Shown here one piece after another: positions 21,201 through 31,725 of a stretch of DNA of 64,000 nucleotides. Position numbers and translations under genes: made by a program. The notes under the pieces were generated by a model that was not told the DNA's origin, did no database searches, and saw nothing but the letters and a program-made list of their open reading frames with translations. The stretch comes from Sphaerodactylus townsendi (taxonomy: Eukaryota), in NCBI RefSeq assembly GCF_021028975.2, contig NC_059440.1, forward strand, positions 10,974,001 to 11,038,000, written 5' to 3'. Each line of letters starts with the position of its first letter. Position 1 is the stretch's first letter.

Positions 21201-24200
21201 CTAAGGTTGTTCGTTTCTCAGAGCCCAGGGCTTCCTTCACATGGTGGTTGCGAGAATAAGCTCCTTTCCCTGCTCCAAGGATGGCATCCGTGTGATGTGG
21301 GGGAATCTGACCCCCTCGTGGGGCAGAGCGCTAGGGACTTGAAAGATGTTCTGTGGACTTCTGCTGCTTTCTTGCAGGGTAAGACGAATTGCTCTTGTTT
21401 TTATTTATGTACTTAGGGTATTTTTAATGTTCCTCCTTTAAAATCCTGCTCAAGGCAGCTTACAATAAAAAGCATAGCATTGAAACACAAGCTGATTGTC
21501 TTATGCAGCGTAAAAGCACTGTACCCAGCAATCTACTTCAGTTCTGCATAGAACAGAAGCAGACCACTTTAAAAAGCTGATAATATTTTTAAAAGACCTG
21601 ATTAAAAGCCTGGGTAGAAAGATGTGTTTTAGCCTGAGATGCCAGGTAGTCCTCAAGGAAGAGGTCAGGCTAAGGGTGAGCTGTCACCAAGGAATATGTG
21701 GGGGCTTGAGAGGCAGACCTGAACAATATTGTGGGGAGATGGTCCTTCAGGTCTCCCTGCCCAGATCCTGCTGCTGTTTCTAGAAACCTTTCCCCCTTAA
21801 TCTCCCTCCTCCTGTCAACACACTATGAAATGGAGCATGGTCAGTCCCCGAAAATATAACATGTGGCCCAAAATCAACCCAAACAGAATTCTCTTGGGCC
21901 GTTTCCGCACGGGCATTTAATGGCGGCCTGGAGACTCTCGGAAGCGCTCTTGTTGGGGAAACGCTGCCTCGAAGCAACGGCAGTGGCCCGAGGCGCTGCA
22001 GTGAGCGGCAGCGGCCCGAGCGCCTCCCCACCCGGCGCACCTTGTCCCGGGCCTCCCGAGGGTGTCGCCCGAGCCTGGGGACCGCCCCCCCTGCCCTGCG
22101 CCGCAGGGGCGGGCGCGCAGGACCAGGGGAGGCGTGTCCCCAAAGCTCGGCTGCTGCACCGAGAGCCGAGGACATCTGGCTCGGCTGAAGCGCCCGGCGC
22201 TCTCCCTTGGCGCTGGCTGCCCTGCTCTTTCCAGGACCGTCCATGCGGATGGTCCCAGCGTTGTCGGGTCGGCGTCGGAAACGCTGACCCGGCTGCTTCC
22301 GCATTCGTGCAGAAATGGCCTTGGATTACTTTGGAAGATCCTGGGGCTTTGGAGACCCTCCAAGAGAAGATCTTGCTAACAGGGCAAGGAAGGGGTGGCC
22401 AAGAGTTCCACGTTCCACTTGGCAACAGCCATGGTCAGAGATTTGCTCTTGGGTATGACAGTGGGATGTGGGTGCAAGAAATAATTTCTTCCACAGACAG
22501 GATCTTGCAAGCCCCATTTCTGCTGGGTTAACTGGTGAAACACTCATTCACAGATGAAGAAGACAATAGGCGGCTCTGTAGGGGAAGGATCACAGTGTGC
22601 CCCATAAGCAAAAAAACAAACCCCACAAGTTAAGGATGGGAAGAGCTTTGCCATTCCAAGCAGGAATCCACCACCTGCCCCTTCATTCAACTAACTCCTC
22701 TCACACACAGGACCCAAGTCTGAGTTGGCCCATTGGTTGTCCTGTGGGGTTGGAAGGCCCCTGCCCCATCTTGACAAGGCAGGGTGGGGCTCATACTTCA
22801 GTCTTGTCTCTTTCCTTCAGGCTTTCAGGAACTGGTTGCAGGCAATCACTCTGTGGCTCTTGCCCTTCTCCAAGCAGCTGCCACTGGGCTGTGTCCGAAG
22901 AGAGTTCTGGCCCAGATCTTTACGTTAATGGGATGCTGCAATGTGAAAATGGTATGGAGACAGTTTGTGTGATGGTGTGTGAACAACGAGCGATGGCAGA
23001 AGAGGAATTGTGAGGCAGTGTTAGTAGGGCCCAAGGCTAACTGGCTGTTGGCATCAATTGCCTGCGATGCAGATCTGGAGACAGAAAAACCAACTGTGTT
23101 TCTGCAAAGCATAGTTGAAGCAGCTTCCTCGCTTGCTTTTGCCTCCCCTGCTGGGCTTCTGAAGCAATGTGCAGGCCACCCAGCCAGACGCCGTTTGTTA
23201 TTAAGTAAGGTAGATGAGAGAGGCCGTTCGTCCCTTGCATTCCTTCAGAAGAACCAAAAAGGCAGAATTTTCTCATAGTTGTCAAGACAGGTGTATGTCT
23301 GTCTTATAATTTGTCCCTGCAAATAAAATCTGTCATGCAAATTGCCAGAATGGGGAAAAAAAGGATATTGTTCCTGTCCCATAAATGTATTTTTTTTAAT
23401 TTGCAGCAGTGGTGTAGGAGGTTAAAAGCTCGTGTATCTAATCTGGAGGAACCAGGTTTGATTCCCAGCTCTGCCGCCTGAGGTGTGGAGGCTTATCTGG
23501 GGAATTCAGCTGGGTGACCTTGGCTAGTCACAGCTTCTCGGAGCTCTCTCAGCCCCACCTACCTCACAGGGTGTTTGCTGGGAGGGGGGAAGGGAAAGGA
23601 GATTGTAAGCCCCTTTGAGTCTCCTGCAGGAGAGAAAGGGGGGATATAAATCCAAACTCTTCTTCTTCTTCTACTCACAAATATTCATCTGACTTTATTA
23701 GAAGAGTTTGGATTTATGTCTCACTTTTCTCTCCTTTAAGGAGACTCAAGGTGGCTGACAAGCTCCTTTCCCTTCCTCTCCCCACAACAGACACCTTGTG
23801 AGGCAGGTGGGGTTGAGAGAGTTCCAAAGAACCCAAGGTCACCCAGCAGGAATGCAGGAGTGCGGAAATACATCTGGTTCACCAGATAAGCTTCTGCCAC
23901 TCACGTGGAGGAGTGGGGAATCAAACGTGGTTCTCCAGATTAGAATCCAACTGCTCTTAACCACTACACCACGCTGGCTCTCTTAATAAACATGCTACCT
24001 TTGCATTTTTACCCAACCCTTCCTCTAGAGAGATCAAGGCAGTACAATGGTTCTTTCTTCCTCCACTTTATCTCAGAGCAACTCTATGGGAGTGCCCGGC
24101 CAAAAGTAATCCCCTAAGGACTGTGGTGCCTTGATCACATGGATCTGAATTCATCCCTCTGTGTACTGCACTACAGTAGCTCTGAAGCATGACAGAAGCG

Positions 24201-27200
24201 TCACAAAGGAGAAGGGAAGGAGGGGTCTGTGGGGGATCACATCCTGTCATCACAGGAAAGGCTAGGCCACACTGCCTTCATTAGATCCCAGTTGTGGCTG
24301 CACCTTCTCTCCACTGCAGGGTAAGCCGCAGACGACGATCCAGTGCCTGAAACGAGCCCTGCAGGTGGACTCCTCCTTCCTTCCTGCCCTGCACCAAGCG
24401 GCCTTGTTGTATCGCCACCTGGGCCTCATGGAGGCAGAGCTGGAGGCCTTGACATTGCTTTATCAGGTCTGATTGGTTGCTTTTCTGGCTTGATGGGATA
24501 TAATCAAGGGCTATGGGGATGCTTCTGCTGTCTCTGTCCAGAGAGGGGATCACTGGCCACGCCCGATCCTGACCCTAGAAATGGGCCACTGTTGAATCAA
24601 CTGGTTCTGTCTTTGTTTATGGGCCTCCTCAGCCTTTTGCTGGGCCCAGGTTCTCCCTGGATAAAGGGCAGGAGCAGTTTGCAAACACAGCCTTTGAGGA
24701 AGGGGTGGGAGCTATTGCCGTCCTGGCTGGTAGTGAACAGAGCTTCTCCCCTGTCTAGGCCATGGAGGGCCCAACAGAGACAGCCATAAAATCCCTCAGC
24801 CCACTTTCCCTTGTCAGCGTGGAACTCCTCATCTGCACGCCACGTCTTCGTGCTTTCTTTGGCCGGAACTCTTCATTGGAAGTGAAGTACCTGCTGGCTC
24901 ACAGATGCCTCGAGGCTGGAAGGTGCGTGCCCCTCCCTCTTGTAGAAGGCTCCCCTAGTCCCGTGGTGGCGAACCTTTGGCACTCCAGATGTTATGGACT
25001 ACAATTCCCATCAGCCCCTGCCAGCATGGCATTGGCCATGTTGACAGGGGCTGATGGGAATTGTAGTCCATAACATCTGGAGTGCCAAAGGTTCGCCACC
25101 ACTGCCCTAGTCCCTTCTCGGGGTTGGAGAGAACTTGTGAGTTGAAAATGACTCACTGGATAGTTCTGGAGTGGGGGGAGAATGGTGGCACCCCAGCTTT
25201 GGAAGTGCAGTGGCGGTCAGGGGAGGGGGCAAGCTGAAGGCAGTGGAAGAACTGCACATTGAGCATAGCCCCCATATCGGGGGTCTGTGGGGTATCTCCC
25301 CTCCACCTCTCTTCCTTCTGACAGGGCGGGGGAGGCAGCAGAGCACTACCTGGACCTCTTGGCTCTGTGGCAGGACGGACCTCTTCACCAGGTGGGTACC
25401 TTGCAACTCTTCAGCTTTGGAGGCACACTTTATATTGCCTTTACTCGTCTGCTATTTTGCCTAGAGGGTCTCTTGGGGTTCTGCAGGCTGCTTGCAATTT
25501 TGGCCCTAAATAGAAGAAAGCGGGTTTGGATTTTTATACCACCTTTCTCCTGTAAGGAGACAAGGCAGCTTACAAGCTCCTTTCCCTTCCTCTCCCCATA
25601 ACAGATGCCCTGTGAGGTAGGTGGGGCTGAGAGAGTTCCGAAGAACTGTGACTAGCCCAGGGTCACCCAGCAGGAATGTAGGAGTGCGGAAACACATCTG
25701 GTTGAGAACCATGACAGTATTCCACCTTAAGCTAGCCTCTCCTTTCCTGCGCTTTCAGTTTTTCTGTTCTCAGTTTTATTTTTGCTGGTTTGTGTTTCTT
25801 TTCGTTTGGTGTCTTTTGTTTTGTCCTGGTTATTGATTACTGTTGATTATTGGAAGCAACACTGTTGTTATGTGTATGTAGAAGGTTGCACTATTAGAAA
25901 TCCTTTTTATGCACTATTTAATTGCATATTTATGGTTGATCACCACTCTGAGCCTGTTTGCAGGGCAAGCGGTATATAAGCCAAAGAAATAATAATAAAG
26001 AACTAGATGTATCATTTCAGCATGACTTCAAAGCTTGTTTTTGGTTTCCTATTCCTTATTGTGAATGTTTTAATGATACCGTTGTGTATTGATTTTATAT
26101 TGTGTGATTGTTATGTTTTTACTGATGTTTGCTGCCCTGAGCCCTGTTGGGAAGGGCGGGATATAAATCAAATAAATAAATAAATAAAATTAAGTGTCAG
26201 GCATTTTTTTGGGAAGGCCCCCTGGGTGAATTTTTTAGAGCTGTTGAATATAAAGACTTGAACAATGCAAAGGACGACACCAAATTTTGACCCCAGGAGC
26301 TGCTTTTCCTTCTTCTTCACAGGAACCTCTCTGTGGCAAATTGGCCATACCCAGGATCCCTCAGGTGTTTCTGGAAGCTGCGGCTGCCCTGGAGGAGGTG
26401 ACCAGGCACCGAGATGCCATCGCCATATGTGAGGAGGTGGTCACCAGAACAAGCCATCTGATCCCCCAGAGTCTGCGGATTGATGTGGGCTCGAGCACGC
26501 TAGAGGAGGGCAGCCAGGGGCCCCCGGGGGCCTCACTGGCACAACAGGAGAGGGAGAAACTGTGTTGCGTTCTTTGGCGGGCCACTGCCTATCTTCTGCA
26601 AGGCTGCGCATCGGCAAGGCTAGGAGAAGCCAAGGAAGCCATCAGCGTCTTGACCAGGTGAGTTAGTCTCTGAGCATCCAGCCTGGGTTCCTCTCTTGTT
26701 TGTCCCATTTGTAAAAGAGAAGGTTGGTGCTATGAGGAAGAAGCAGAGAAAGAGCATTTTCACACCTCCCTGGGAATTGAAAAGCAAGCTCTACAAGCAG
26801 CAGTGGTGTAGTGGTTAAGAGCAGGCGGATTCTAATCCGGAAAACCGGGTTTGATTCCCCACTCTGCCACTTAAGCTGTGGAGGCTTATCTGGGGAACCA
26901 GATTAGTTTGTGCACTCCAACACACACCAGCAGGGTGACCTTGGGCGAGTCACAGCTCTTCAGAGCTCTCTCAGCCCCACCCACTTCACAGGATGTTTGT
27001 TGTAGGGGGTGGGGAGGGAAAGGAGATTGTAAGCCCCTTTGAGTCTCCTTACAGTAAAGAAAGGGGGGGGTATAAATCCAAACTCTTCTTCAAGATGCAA
27101 ACCCCCAACTGTTTTTTCTCAGATATGTGTTTTCCCTCTCTATCCCAGCAAGTATCCTGTGAGAATGCTTGTTTCTGTGCATTGGATCCCCACCCCCCAA

Positions 27201-30062
27201 GTCTATATTCTGCCCTGAGGCAATCCTTCCTCGGTAGCTGATTATTTCTTTTGTTGATTCTCCTTGCTGCTGCTCATTGTCATACCATTCCTCAGCTGCT
27301 AAGTGCTCCTGCTTCCAGTTCTGAACGTATCTTTTCAAACTCCAAAGGTAGTGAAAACAAAACAAACAAGATCCACAAGATGCTGGTCTCGGTTCCAGAT
27401 TTTTGTTTCTGGACTTGTGTAGTCTGGTTATAGGCTTGGAGGAAATGCACTCCCTATCCAGGTCTCTCTAGCCCTCTCCTGGGTGGTAACTGTTCAAATA
27501 CGTCTTCATAGCCTGGTGCTGCTGAAGTTCTTCTGACAGCTCTGAAAGGATTGCAAAATAAAACAGAGGTTCCGTGGCCCCTTAAAACCAGCGGTGGGAT
27601 CAAAAAAATTTAGTAACAGGTTCCCATGGTGGTGGTATTCAAACTGTGGCGTAGCGCCAATAGAGCTGGGCGGGGCACGTTGGGGGTGTGGCCGGGCACG
27701 ATGGGGGCGGGGCATTCCTGGGCGGGGGTGTGGCAAGGATGCAGCTGCTGCGCCTGTCCTTGGGCAGGAAACGAATGCACACAGGTGCAGGCTGCCACGC
27801 ACACCAGTGCATCTCCTGCTAGACTGCTTCAAGTTCTGCACGCTACTGCTGAGAGGAGGGGCGTAACTAAGGCAAAAATCACGTGGCAAAATCACCATTT
27901 AGTAACCCCCTCTCGGCACATACAAATAATTAGTAACCTACTCTCGGGAACCTGTGAGAACCTGCTGGATCCCACTTCTGCTTAAAACTAATATGTATCT
28001 CAATGTGAGCTTTTCTGGGTCACAATTGACTTTTCCCAGTATGTGAAGGAGAAAATCATACAGAATCCAGTACGTTAAGGAGAAAATCATACAGAATTCT
28101 TATGGGCAAGATTATAGGATTGGAAGATCATATTGAAATAAAAGTTGTTAGTCTCTAAGGTAATCTACCTGCTCTTAACCACAGGCCTCTTCTTTTGTGA
28201 AGCTCTGAAGTGACTCTGCTTTGCTGTTTTCAGGTGCCTTCACGATCTCCTGCGAATCCAGTTTGTAAATACAGGTAGGGATGAAGTGGTTTTCTGCCTG
28301 TTCCTGCCTCTCTCCCTCTTGGCTGGGGAGGTTTCTTAAGCTGTAGAGAGCCTCTCTTGCAGGTGCAGCTGGATCCCTGGTTGCTGCCAGAAATGGATCA
28401 GGCCTCCTTTTCTGATTGTTGCTCAGTTCTCCCCTTTCAGGGCCAAAAGTGCAGAGAGCCATGTCGCGTTCTTGACTGGATCTTGAGCCCTGTGGGGAAA
28501 AGGCGGGATACAAATCTAATAAAATCATAAAAAATAAATACTTTACAGTTTCTGCTGCTTTATATTTTCCCATTTAGACCAGATTGGCTCCTCTTTAAAC
28601 CTTTGCTGTTCTCTGACGGCAGAGTTTCCAGGGGAAACATGTTGCGCTGTGGACCTGGCTATATCTCAGAGCTGAGAAACGGGTTCTGTTTTTATGGCTT
28701 TTGCTAGAACCCGACACTGCGATGGACTCTCAGTGAGAGACCCCTTTTCCTCCTTTGGCAGGCAGTAACAGCACTGAAGAACAACTGGCCCTGTTTGCTC
28801 CATTGGAAGCCAAGATGATTCCCCAAGTCAGGCATCTGGCTCTGACTGTCCGAGGAGCAGAGTTCTTGGAGCTGGGGAGAGACAAAGAAGCCTTGATGGA
28901 TTTCCAGCATAGTTTGCACTTCTGCCCAGGTACCCTGCCTTTTGGGTGCTTTATGTGCAAATGGGCTACAGTGGGTCTAACAGTCGGGCTGGGGCTTGTG
29001 CGCACCTTATAAGAAGCAGAATATTAGAGCATGTTAGAACGCTTCTGCAATGTTGAGCTGGCAGATTCTTAGTGCAGAATCAGGGCCAGGTCTGACTGAC
29101 TGACCTTAAAAAAGCATGGGGTACGGCACATTTGGAAGAAGGGGAATTCGGATTTATACCCCACCTTTTTCTCTTGTAAGGAGACTCAAGGTGGCTTACA
29201 AGCTCCTTTCCCTTCCTCTTCCTACAACAGTCACCTTGTGAGGCAGGTGGGGCTGAGAGAGTCCTGACTGTGACTAGCCCAAGATCACCCAGTAGGTGTG
29301 TAGGAGTGCGGAAACACATCTGGTTCACCAGATAAGCCTCTGCCACTCAGGTGGAGGAGTGGGGAATCAAATTACAGATTAGAATCCGCCTGCTTTTAAC
29401 TACCGCACCACGCAGGAAACCTGTGCCCTGTTCTAGTCGCCATGTTTCAAGACGGATGTTGAAGGGCTGGGTAAAGGACACTGTGATTTGACCCCCAGGT
29501 ACTTTGGGCTCTGGTCTAGCCTGGCATTGAGACCAGCTCAATTTGCAGCTCCTCCTTTGTGTGTTGCAGAGAGCCCTGCTGCGCACTGGTATCTGCTACA
29601 CACCCTCTGGAAACTGGACAGGAAGCAAGAAGCCCTGGCACATTGGCAGAAGTTCCACACGAACCCTGTGTTGATGGAGGAAGAGGCTGAAAGGTACATA
29701 TTTATTACTGAGCCTTGCTTTGCACTCTCTACACAAGCAGGGGGACAAATTTGAGTTAAAAGTGACTTGGGAGTGCCAGGAGAATTCTGTCCAGTGAGTT
29801 CAGCGGGCTGCATCTAGTGCAGTAGTTATGTCTGGCATCCAGTGGCATGTTAAAAGGATGATCTTCCATTTGTTGCTCCATCCCTAGTGGAGCCCAAATC
29901 CTATATTTGTCTGCCCTCATAGCTAAGAATGCCTTGGCTTTATGTTTCAGATCCTGCCCACAATACTTGTATCTGTGTATGAAGTGGATGAAGTTTCCCC
30001 ACTCGGAATCCCTGGCCAAGAATCTGGAAACTTGTTTGGGGGAGAGAAGGCAGAAGCGCTAG
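17856..30062 (+). CDS. FANCG: Fanconi anemia group G protein (XRCC9; TPR protein of the FA core complex), 643 aa. Exons 17856-17933, 18107-18188, 19885-20016, 20257-20450, 21222-21378, 22821-22951, 24320-24466, 24759-24922, 25325-25391, 26323-26657, 28234-28274, 28762-28929, 29570-29693, 29951-30062
   Basis: 14 exons, all GT-AG, open frame (1932 nt). Peptides match human FANCG motifs: CLNLWREENDALVR (CLDLWREKNDRLVR), QGLPAVLPALPLELT, AATGLCPKRVLAQIFT, RAGEAAEHYLDLLAL, PQVFLEAAAAL, DKEALMDFQHSLHFCP, LLHTLWKLDRKQEA. Confidence 0.95.
18670..19820 (+). mobile_element. Degenerate CR1 LINE ORF2 (reverse transcriptase) fragment in FANCG intron 2
   Basis: Frameshifted peptides SKSLGPDGIHPRVLRELK and KSCLSNLVEFFEKV...DPVDVIYLKFPKAFYKLPHRGLL. 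Confidence 0.85.
20577..20876 (+). mobile_element. Squam3-like SINE
   Basis: gcagcagtggc..gttaagagcagg head, gggtgaccttgggctagtcacag body, CTT tail. Confidence 0.85.
21897..22320. mobile_element. GC-rich PIF/Harbinger-like MITE in FANCG intron 5
   Basis: TIRs GGCCGTTTCCGCACG / CGTGCAGAAATGGCC; 3-bp TSD TTG (21894-21896, 22321-22323). Confidence 0.85.
23403..23672 (+). mobile_element. Squam3-like SINE
   Basis: Full head-to-(CTT)n copy with an internal deletion. Confidence 0.85.
23701..23980 (-). mobile_element. Squam3-like SINE
   Basis: Reverse-orientation copy, tail-to-tail with 23403-23672. Confidence 0.85.
24961..25104. mobile_element. Palindromic hAT MITE
   Basis: TIR GTGGTGGCGAACCTTTGGCACTCCAGATG; perfect 8-bp TSD CCCTAGTC. 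Confidence 0.9.
25511..25702 (-). mobile_element. Squam3-like SINE, 3' half
   Basis: Reverse complement of SINE 3' portion. Confidence 0.75.
26797..27091 (+). mobile_element. Squam3-like SINE
   Basis: Full-length copy with A/B-box-like head and CTT tail. Confidence 0.85.
27589..27980. mobile_element. Non-autonomous hAT element
   Basis: TIRs CAGCGGTGGGATC / GATCCCACTTCTG; perfect 8-bp TSD CTTAAAAC. Confidence 0.88.
29135..29413 (-). mobile_element. Squam3-like SINE
   Basis: Reverse-orientation copy. Confidence 0.8.
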
Positions 30063-30186
30063 TGTTGCCGTGTGACCCTTTTCGGCTTTCCTTTCTGGCA
30101 TGCGGACTTCCTGTGGGGCTTTTCTCAGACTCCTTTCGTGGTTGGAAACTGAGGCCATGGCATGTAATATAGGTAGCATTTTTCCT

Positions 30187-30192
30187 AATAAA
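30187..30192 (+). terminator. FANCG polyadenylation signal AATAAA
   Basis: First AATAAA ~125 nt after the stop codon. Confidence 0.65.
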
Positions 30193-30974
30193 AAATATTG
30201 CTTACACCTTGCCTTATTTTGCAGCTATGCAGTACAGCTGTAAAAATAATAGAGGACTGGGGAGAATTAGTTGGGTGTGTTTGGGTGCCTGGATTGAGGG
30301 GCAGACCAGGGAATTATTTCCTTATTAGAGCTCTTATGCACTGTACCACACTGAGAAAAGGGCTGTAGAGGCTGCGCTGGGGTGGTGGAATCAATTATGG
30401 GGTGTTGAGCAACTCTAATAATTAACAGAAAAGACTAAACTTGGCCCCTGAGGATTCCCAAATACTCTTTTTAGTTAAGAACTAGGGTAGCTTAGTGCCT
30501 CCTTGTCCAGAGTCCAATTGTACAATTATCCAAAAGATGGCAGTCAGATGTTTCAGTGGAGGGGGGGTACAATTTCATTGCTTGACCTGGGCACCCTTTC
30601 CTGTAGCTACGCCCCTGCTCTCAGATCCCCCCTTCCTCAAGGAAACAAAGGGACATACTAGAGCAGAAATGGCGAACCTTTTGGCCATGGCGTGTCAAAA
30701 ATTCGGAAAATTACTAGACTCTGCTGGCATGTAACACCCCCCACACACAACAAAAGAGAACCTATATGCCATTAAAGGTTAAAATGAATGAAAATGAATG
30801 AACAAAAGAGAACCAATTCTTTACATATTCATTTTATTTTTAGTTAATTTAAAAAATTTAATTTGTTAGACTTACTACAGTCCAATCACGTGTGGTGCTA
30901 TGTAGTATTTTATAAAGAAACATTAAATAACGACCAAAATGAAACAAACTCAGTTATTGTTGGGTGTTGGTGAC

Positions 30975-31725
30975 GCTGCACGACAGCCCTTGCTCTGTAT
31001 TGCTGCGGCCCCGCCTGTGCCCTGCGGCGGGGGTTCCTGCATTGCTCTTCCCGCTAATGAACACGGATCTCGCCGTAGGGCTCGGGTGCCAGCCGCGCAA
31101 GGCTCTCCGCTCGGTTTTCACGCCGCCTCGTCCCCGCCACGTGGTTTCGTTACGTGCTGAGGGCGCTTCCGAGCCCCGTTTTCCCGTTGACAACCAGCGC
31201 CGGAGCACAGCTTTCGCCGTCTCTAGGCCTCGGTCTCGATGGTCTTTGGTGCCACTTCCGGGAGAGATTCCTGCGGCGGCGTGGGGAGGGGGGTAGAAGT
31301 CCCATACGCCTCTGCGCGGGATTGGCCTTTCTCGGCCGCCATCTGTTTCCCTGGCGCCGGGAAGTAAAATGGCGGCGGCGGAGCTGGAGAGGGTTCGTGT
31401 CTCGGCGGCGGAGTTGAGGAGGGGGATTCTGGCGGCGGAGGCGGCGCTGGGGAGGGGCGGCCCAGGTGAGGCCCGTGGCGGGGGGCCGAGCTTGCGTGAG
31501 CGGCCTGCCTCTTGGCTCGGCGCGCTTTCCTCAGCCCGCTCCCGCTCCGTTAACGCCGGACGGGGGTGTGGCGGGGAGAGCCTCGGCCGGAGGACGGGCG
31601 ATACCAGTGGGGCGGACGCCTGGTTGTGCCCGTCGCCGGAGCCCGGCCAGGGTTGAAACCATCCTGGTGAAGCAGGCTCGAGGCTTTGGTCGCTGATGCC
31701 GGGCTGGGAGGTGTGGCGGTCCGTT
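30975..31725 (+). promoter_or_regulatory. SMG6 CpG-island promoter
   Basis: CpG-dense; E-box CCACGTGG 31137-31144, ETS CACTTCCGG ~31253, YY1-type AAAATGGCGGC overlapping the ATG. Confidence 0.8.

Noticed and set aside
21780-22531. Several 150-220 aa overlapping ORFs on both strands
   Set aside because: They arise from the GC-rich Harbinger MITE (few stop codons); no recognisable protein.
26797-26870. tRNA-like sequences (ggtgtagtggttaagagc...ggtttgattccc), here and at many other sites
   Set aside because: These are SINE heads attached to SINE bodies, not tRNA genes.
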